The notes beneath the pieces are model-generated. The model saw only the letters and a program-made list of their open reading frames with translations, was not told the origin of the DNA and did not search any database. A DNA stretch of 64,000 bases from Octopus vulgaris (taxonomy: Eukaryota). Made by a program: the position numbers and the translations under genes. Every line of letters starts with the position of its first letter. Within the stretch, counting starts at the first letter, position 1. The stretch covers positions 57,040,001 to 57,104,000 of the forward strand of contig OX597831.1 of NCBI GenBank assembly GCA_951406725.2, in the 5' to 3' direction. Of this stretch, positions 54,779-64,000 are shown piece by piece.

Positions 54779-57503
54779 TGTTATTGGCATCCTTTTTGTC
54801 TCGGGAGACAATGGAGTTGTGCATAAAATAATCTAGTCCGGATTTTACATTTCATGTCCTAATACATCTCCTGCTGTAGATGTGTAGTCCTATCCTGGAC
54901 AAACACTCCTCTGGCAGGTGCCGCAAATGTAGCGAAGACTTTGCATGGCTGGTTGTAATGTCATACTTTCTTGTTGACGTATTTTCTTGTCTTTCCATTT
55001 CTCCTCTCCCTTTATGTCACTCCTTTGTGTTACCTCTTTTACGGTACGTCGCCAATCTCCACTGTTGCTGGCAACTGCTTCCCAGTTGGTAATATTGATG
55101 TTGCAGGCATTCATGTCCCTTTTGCAAACACCCTTGTACCGTAAGAACGGTCTTCCCACAGACCTAGTGCCCCTAGCAAGCTCTCCGTTGAGTATGTCCT
55201 TGGGGATTCTGCCATCTCCCATACGGCTAACATGTCGGAGCCATCTCATACGTCTTTGTGTGAGGGGTGTAAACATGCTTGGTATTCCTGCTTGCTTGGG
55301 GACATCTTTGTTGTGGACATGATTCTGCCATTTGATGCGAAGGATTTTCCGGAGGCAGCGCAGGTGAAAGATATTTAGGCGACGTATGGCGTCGTATGGC
55401 GTCGTATGGCGTGTGTATGGCGTTCAAGTCTCACTTCCATACAGTAGAGTGCTAAGTACACATGCCTGGTAAATCTTCATTTTTGTGGTCTTGGTCAGCT
55501 TATTGTTGTCCCATGCCCGTTTGGAGAGTTGGGCCATCACAGCAGCTGCTTTGCCAATGCGTATATTGAGCTCAGTATCAAGGGATAGGCTGTAGGTGAT
55601 GGTAGAGCCAAGATAGGTAAACTTCTCCACCTCCTGTAGTCTGTGGTCTCCAATATGTATGTTTGGGATGGTCGATGAAGCCTGACCCATGATGTTGGTC
55701 TTCTTGAGGCTGATAAATAAGCCAAAGTTGTCACATGCTTGCTCAAAACAGTTGATGAGCCTTCGTAGGGCTTCTTCTGTGTGTGATACCAGAGCAGCAG
55801 CATCAGCAAATAGCATCTCCTTGATCAGGACACTTCTGATTTTGGTCTTGGCACACAGACGCGAGAGATTGAACAGTTTCCCATCACTTCTACTGTGCGG
55901 AAACACTCCATCATCTGATGTCACAAAGGCATGTGACAGCAGCAGCGAGAAGATGCCAAATAATCTAGGAGCAAGGACACAACCTTGCTTGCTTTACCCC
56001 ATTTTTTTTTGGAAGGCGGCTGATGTTGAACCATTGTACTGTATGATGCCTTGCATATCATCATGGAAAGATGTGATGATCCTCAGCAGCTTTGGTGGAC
56101 ATCCGATTTTTTAGAGCAGGATGAAGAGGCCTTTTCTACTTACCAAGTCAAAGGCCTTTGTCAGATCAATGAAGGCCATATGTAATGGCATTTTCTTCTC
56201 TCTGGACTACTCCTGAAGTTGGCGTATGGAGAATATCATGTCAATAGTTGATCTGCTTCTTCTAAAGCCACACTGCGATTCTGGATAAATTCGAGAAGCA
56301 AGCAGTTGCAGCCTGGACAGGATAATGCGAGCAGAGGCCTTCCCAACAGTACTTAGAAGAGATATTCCACGGTAATTGTTACAATCACCACGGTCACCTT
56401 TGTTTTTGTAAAGCGTAATGATGTTAGCATCCCGCATATCCTGAGGGACTGTACCCTCTTCCCAGCACTGACACAGAAGCTCATGAATGTGCCGAAGCAG
56501 GATGGTGTTTTTGCCGGTTTTGATGATCTCTAAGGGGATGTCGTCTTTTCCCGGAGCCTTCTTACTTGCTAGGGAGTCAATAGCCTTGGTGAGCTCTGCT
56601 ATAGATGACAGGCTGTCAAGTTCACACATGACTGGCAAGATCTTGACACCCTCGATTGCAACCTCAGCTACCGTGGTCTCTCGTGAGTAGAGATCCTGGT
56701 AGTACTCCACCCATCTATCCATTTGCTTGCTTTGGTCCTTGATGAGATCCCCAGTAGTTGATTTCAGAGGGGCTGAATTGGTTGCGGATGGACCGAGCGC
56801 CTTCTTCAAACCGGCATACATCCCACGGGTGTCGCCACTATCAGCAGCTGACTGGATACTCTGACAGATTTCCTGCCAATGCCTATTTTCAGAGCGTCTG
56901 GCAGCCAGTTGGGTTTTATTTCTTGCCTTTCTGAGTTCTTCGAGTGATTTTATAGAAGAATCACTCTTGTATTACATCAGAGCTGCACGCTTTGTTTCGA
57001 TAACTGTTTCCAGCTCTGAGAACCCAGCACTGAACAAATCTGGGTTTTGCCTTTCTCTCATGCCGAAAGTATCTATTGATGTGGTATACAAAGCTTGCCT
57101 GATATAATTCCACCTACTTTCAGCAGAGGTGGTTGGGCAGCTACTGAGGGCAACTTTGATAGAAACAGCAAAACATTGTCGCAGTGTAGGGTCGGAGGTT
57201 CTGGCAATGCTAATGCGTGGTCGGCCCATTTTCTTGGAGTGATGGACTTTTTAGGCTTCTTATTAGAGAATGATCTGTGTCACAATCCGCGCTGTGGTAA
57301 CTACGGGTCAGTTGAACAGAATTCAGAAAGGGTCTTCGTGTAATGATAAGATCCAGCTGATGCCAGTGGTGAGATCTTGGATGTCTCCAAGATGCCTTGT
57401 GGGATGTCTTGTTGGCAAATAATGTGTTAGTGATGCACAGGTTATGGCATGTGCAAAATTTAAGTAGTCTCTGGCCATTGTCATTCATGTTGCCAATACC
57501 AAA
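54779..57503 (-). mobile_element. 5'-truncated RTE-clade LINE (APE end plus RT), degenerate
   Basis: NGQRLL..LCITNT..SWRHPRS.HWHQLD; KAPGKD.IP.E; LYKNKGDRGDCNNYRGISLLS; ESQCGFR; MLFADAAAL (FADD decayed); 3' end ccattgtctcccgagacaaaaaggatgcc. Confidence 0.93.
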
Positions 57504-57735
57504 ACACATACACTTACATATATACATACATATATATATACGATCGATTTGTTTCAGTTCCTGTCTACGAAATCGATATATATATCCTTCCTGGGGAAGG
57601 AGGGCTGAATTTCGAATACTTCGTACAACCACTCTTCTGAAACGGTTGCAGGTTAGGAAAAAAACTTTAATCGTCTCTTTCAATTTAGGTTTTTATTTTT
57701 CATGTTTATATTCGTATTTCATTGTTATGTTTATA

Positions 57736-58301
57736 TTGGGTTGTCTGGAAAGTTCATTCCGATTTTTAAAGGAAAGTAAAGGTCACTAAATACTTGCCAT
57801 TACATTTTTAATTAACCAAATCTGAACCATTTCGTTGCACAATACATCTCCATCTTTCCTTTACCTTGAAAATACCCTCTTCCCAGAATTGGGGTGGTTT
57901 CAAGGCAAAGAATTCGTCAAGGTATCTTTTTACGTCATCTAAGGAAGTGAAATTTTTACCATTAAGACTTTTCTGCAGAGACCTGAATAAGTGGAAACCC
58001 GAAGGAGTAATATCTGGGTAATAGGGAGGGTGGGGGTAGCACATTCCAGCCGAGCTACAGCAATTTTTGTCTGGTCCCCAAAGCATCAAGTGCCGAAAAT
58101 GAACTTTCTCATCTTTTATTTTAAAGGGTTACAGAATTAACACAGGTAATAGAAACATAAACCTTCTTCCATGAAAAGATAGCTTAAACTGTGCTCTAAA
58201 TGGAAGTGTAGTCAAATCCTATTTTATGGACTCAAACATGTTCTAAAGTAAGTCGAAAGATAAGCTACTATAAATCGGCACGAACTTTCCGGACAACTCA
58301 A
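57736..58301 (-). mobile_element. Internally deleted mariner element
   Basis: TIRs ttgggttgtctggaaagttc / gaactttccggacaactcaa; PHPPYYPDITPSGFHLFRSLQ...ERWRCIVQRNG. Confidence 0.85.
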
Positions 58302-59601
58302 CATTTCTATATTTTTATCATGAAAATCTTAACATAAATATGTGTATATTCGTATGGAATAATACCTCGTGTGCTACATCTGAATTTTCTTGTCTGAATG
58401 TTTTAAGACAAATATCCGAAATTTTTATCGTATACCACATTTTATTAATACTTAGCTCATATACGGAGACGAAAATGGTGTACTATATACTGCAGGTTAT
58501 CTCCATTAAAATTCTCGTATTATATACATTATATGTATATATATAATATACACACTGGCGAAAATAAATTTAAGACCGATGATAAAAGTTCTATTTGTTT
58601 CTAAATATTCTGTTACTAGTCCTTTGCCGATCTTTATATTGACCAGTCTCCGAGTATAACTTCCACGCTTGCACGCAAGCCGGTTTACTGCACTTTAGTT
58701 GCTTGCTGATGTTCGAAAAGGAAACTTTTTGCTGTAATATACGATTTTTGCTCTCGTGACTGAAATAAGGCTACGTTGTTTTCCCATTATTAATAAATTG
58801 TATAATAACATTAAATTATAACTTTATATGGTGCATTCAGGTTCGTTGTGTGACCACCCATTTTGGCCAAAAAAATTGCATACATATTACATGGTCTTGA
58901 AATAATTTTGCCGGTAAATTTGAAACGTTTATATTACGTTCTGAGTTCAAATTCCGCCGAGGTCGACTTTGCCTTTCATCCTTTCGGGGTCGATAAATTA
59001 AGTACCAGTTACGCACTGGGGTCGATGTAATCGACTTAATCCGTTTGATTCCCAATCAATGCTCAAGTCTACTGTCAGCAATTAGAGCGTTTGAACCAAG
59101 CTTTGAAGGAAAAAAGAGCCGCTTTAGTGAGTCGAAAACGAGTGATGTTTCATCAGGACAATGCGCAACCCCACACTGCAAAGATCACATCACAGAAGAT
59201 CCGTTTGTCTGTCCTTCTTTGTCCCCTCTATGCTTAGCCCCTTGTGGGTAATAAAGAAACAAAGTGCGGATGATATAATTTTTTTCGTTCCTTTGAGGAT
59301 ACTAGCATGTTCCCTTAACTTTTTTCCTCAACAGGCAAGTCAAGGGTTTCACATCTAGTAGGAACAATAGTACTGCTGAACCGTCACACTGACGTATTTC
59401 AGTCTATAGTCTAATTCTACGTGTGACTAAAGCAGTTACTTCAGTCCTTAGTGATTCTGGCAGTTACATCTAGCAGTTAATTCAGTTCTTGGACGATCCC
59501 ATCATTGGCTGTCTTTTAATGGTATCGACTTAAAATAAAAACGACACATTCTGAACCAAGCATATATGCATGTTATATTATGTTAACCATGCACGTGTGT
59601 G

Positions 59602-59633
<32 letters not shown>

Positions 59634-59965
59634 TGTATGTATGTATGTATGTATGTATGCATGCATGCCTGCATGCATGCATGTATGTATGTATGTATGT
59701 ATGTATGTATGTATGTATGTATGTGTGTATGTGTGTATGTGGATGTGTGTGTGTGTATATATACGTACGTATGCGTATATGCTATGTGTGTAGGCTCGAA
59801 TGTATGTGTATATGTCTCATGTTATCTATGTATATACGTATGTATGTTTCTATGTATATATCAACGTATGTATGCAAGAATGTATGTATGAATGCATGTA
59901 TGTATGTGTGCATGTATGCAAGCACGCATGTATGTATGAATGTCTGTCAGTCTATCTCTCTGCCG

Positions 59966-60067
<102 letters not shown>

Positions 60068-60119
60068 AGTTTTGTTTTATTTTTAACTATTTGAAGTTTT
60101 CCTCTTACGGAAGAAGCTG

Positions 60120-60465
60120 GTTCCTAACAGAGGCAAAGCTCCAGCTTTGGAATGCAGATAGCGAAATCAATGTCACATTTTGAACTTGCCCACTTTTGTG
60201 CATATTTTGTGCATATCTTTATCCTTGCGCTTATACACCTTATTTGTGATGTGCGTATCATCAGCTCGTTGATTTCTCTTTCGGAAAACAATGGCTTTCT
60301 CATCTTGTCACTTACACATTTACTCACAAATCCAAGGGCACCAATTGTTATTGGTGTATATGTGAAATTATAACCTGGGTGTAGAAGCTGAAGGTTTCAA
60401 AGAGCTTCCTCCTTGATTTTCGAAGTGATATTCATATCAGCATGGTAGTTGACTTCAGGAATGCA
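60120..60465 (-). mobile_element. REL-type LINE 3' fragment
   Basis: NLQLLHPGYNFTYTPITIGALGFVSKC..; related to the 61020-61330 segment. Confidence 0.6.
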
Positions 60466-60989
60466 TGTACGTATGTATGTATGTTCCTACTATTTTTAAT
60501 TATTATAAATAGAAGAGGCATACATACATACGTACATGCATGCATGAAATCAACTGCTATGCTGATGTGAATAAATTCTCTGAGAAAATCAAAGAGGAAG
60601 AAGATATGCATGCATGCATGTATGTATGTATGTATGTATGTATGTATGTATGTATGTATGTATGTATGTATGTATGTATGTATGTATGTATGTATGTATG
60701 TATGTATGTATGTATGTATGTCAATATTCAGTTTGTGACAATAAGCAAAGTGCCAGTTTCTAACCTAGATTCAAGGCTCCTTCAATGGAATTTCAACATT
60801 AACAACAGGGTGTTTATGTATGTATGTATGTATGTATGTATGTATGTATGTATGTATGTATGTATGTATGTATGTATGTATGTATGTATGTATGTATGTA
60901 TGTATGTATGTATACATGCATGCATATGTGCAGATTTGTATGTTTTGTTTTATGTATGTATTCTCATGCATATACTTGCATATCTAGAC

Positions 60990-62045
60990 ATGCTTATATA
61001 TACTTAAATGGTAAACTTCTAAAAAGTTTTACAAATTTTTACAGTTACAGTGATGGATTGCATCTAGTCTTCGATTCAGCTTTGTCTTTTCTGGTTTTGA
61101 GAAGCCTAATTCCTCAAGACTGTTATTTAGGCAGTGTGTTACATATCACGGATCCCCAATAATTACAGGTATAAACCTAAACTTGTAATATGGATAGAGA
61201 AACTTCAGATTTCTCAATAGTTCAGCGTAGGTATTCTCTTTTTAACTGATCTTCAGCTTTATGTTAACACATATGCACAGTTTCTCTTCTCTATCCTAAA
61301 TCATTATATTAGGTTTGTTGTGCTCGCATTTTATTGAGCTCTTCACTGAGACATTCAAACCAGTACTCCTTTCCCCTTTTTATTATGAGTGGCAATGGTT
61401 TCTACTATACTCTGGGTTCTTTGTCATCGGGGTTATCCTTCCGACGGATTTCATTATAGAGTGTCCTACCTACAACATCATGTCTCATCGGTAGATAATA
61501 CCGTGATGACATCTTCGGACAACTGCTTATGATGTGGGTGATATCTTTGGTGTGAACTCCACTAAATTCTGCATCGGTTGTCACATTTTACGTCTTTTCC
61601 TGCATCTCTATCCCCTTTGTGCATCAGGTACTTGGTTGATATTTCCTGTTCCTGGATTGGAAACACATACCCTTCAAAATGTGAGGTAGTAATCCGGCTA
61701 TTGGTCCATGATAGACTGCTTTGATGATCAATGTTACTAGCACCACTGAGCTTTCTACTAACATATCCATGCATAGTCTTCTGCTCATATAGGCTCATCT
61801 TTTCATCTGATGATACGTTGCGGCAGAGTCGTGCGACTTCTTTGGGCATGTATTCTAGGTTATCAGACAAAGAGTGTTGCTCAAGGAGCTGCATTGCAAG
61901 TCTTATGATGTTATGAGTCTTATGTATGCAAACTTAGTGATTGGATGTACTTCGACACTTGGTGGTTAAAAGATGTTGCCGAAAGGATATGATATGACAT
62001 TCAAAGGCATTTTGGTTTGATGTTAAGCCGAAGGGATATGATGCG
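60990..62045 (-). mobile_element. REL-type (R4-like) LINE 3' portion
   Basis: KTMHGY..IQEQEI.TKY..CDNRCRI..DITHIISSCPKMSSRYYLPMRHDVV..KENTYAELLRNLKFLYP..FIPVIIG; flanked by (TATG)n. Confidence 0.78.
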
Positions 62046-62047
62046 AC

Positions 62048-62777
<730 letters not shown>

Positions 62778-63313
62778 TACAAACTCATGATTGCAGCAGT
62801 TTTTGAATTAAGCTTTAATAACAGACAATATTTGATGTGGGCGTAGGAATTTTTAAAAAGAAAAATAAAGTGTTTGTATTCGGCGTGTGTGTATGTTTGC
62901 ACGCGTGCACGTGCGTATGTGTGTGAGGGTGTGGCTGGGAGAGAGAGAGAGAGAGAGAGCGGGAGAGAAAGAGAGAAAGGAAAACCGAGATCGAAAATCA
63001 CCTCTTTAGTATTTCCCATTTTATTTCAGCCTAATCGTCTGCTAACCTATCCAGTCGATCTCCAAGTGAAATAATGAATTATTTTCAGATATTGAGCACC
63101 GATTAAATTTCCATGCGGTGACATTTCCTCTTTAAGTGTTTTCTTTTCAGTGTAAATATGCAGAGCAACGTGCGTTTCCTGTGAAATACGTCAAATTAAG
63201 TGCTGAAACTTAAGACCTGCTCGATCTACTTTCGGCTTATCGGCTTAACACTAAGCATCGTAAATGTAAGTGCTCCTTCCCAAGCTCCGATGGAATTTTT
63301 TTAAAAAGAAGGC

Positions 63314-63383
<70 letters not shown>

Positions 63384-63565
63384 ATATACATATATGTTTG
63401 TGTGTGAGTGTATATATATATATATATATATATACACCCACGCCAATTCATGCGTTATTAATAGCAAATCTAAAACTGCTGCAATCGCGAGTATATGGAT
63501 CTTTGTATGTGTATAAATACATACATATATACAAATATTTATGCATACAAGGATACCTACCTACA

Positions 63566-63622
<57 letters not shown>

Positions 63623-64000
63623 CATATATATATATATACACACATATATATACATATACATGTATATATATATACTAGCAGTATTGCCCGGCTCGTGCGC
63701 TCGTGCGTTCTATGCACGCGCGAATTAAGCTAAACTTGGATGAAGTTCAATCAAAATTCAATTATTTTGGTTTTAAAATCAAACATTTAATGCCCTCTAT
63801 TTTTGCGCTTATGTGTTCCATTTCCTCAATGGGAAGTACGTAGAAGCGTTTCATAATTTTTTGTTGATCAAATAATTGCATAGTTGAATTATTATTTTAG
63901 ATCAGTATTTCCCAACGGGGTTTTCGGGGGGAGAGTTTCAGAGAGTCGCTGGCGCTGTATCGTGATGATCAAAAATCCGGCCTGCTAAAATTTGGTTAAA

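Overview
AT-rich, microsatellite-saturated animal genomic DNA. The SINE and microsatellite landscape looks like an octopus or other coleoid cephalopod; this is an inference, not verified. Most ORF-track entries are microsatellite artefacts. The only host gene found is seven consecutive, in-phase internal exons (865 bp) of a minus-strand M1 zinc aminopeptidase (aminopeptidase N-like: GAMEN, HELAH-x18-E, catalytic Tyr) between 36170 and 18912; its first and last exons were not found in the window. The rest is decayed mobile DNA: mariner, maT and rosa-like DNA transposons and MITEs; RTE, Hero and R4/Dong-like LINEs; a Ty3/gypsy remnant; Penelope fragments; Helitron ends; and many tRNA-derived SINEs. 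The most notable structure is a young 360-bp tandem array plus an inverted copy (46179-47338) inserted in (TA)n. Each complete unit carries a minimal type I hammerhead ribozyme with a palindromic loop III inside a ~45-bp extended stem, making it a candidate non-LTR retrozyme (circRNA-producing). Several other hammerhead-like motifs lie in foldback inserts or Penelope-type ends, including two unrelated families with the compensatory U3-A8 core.
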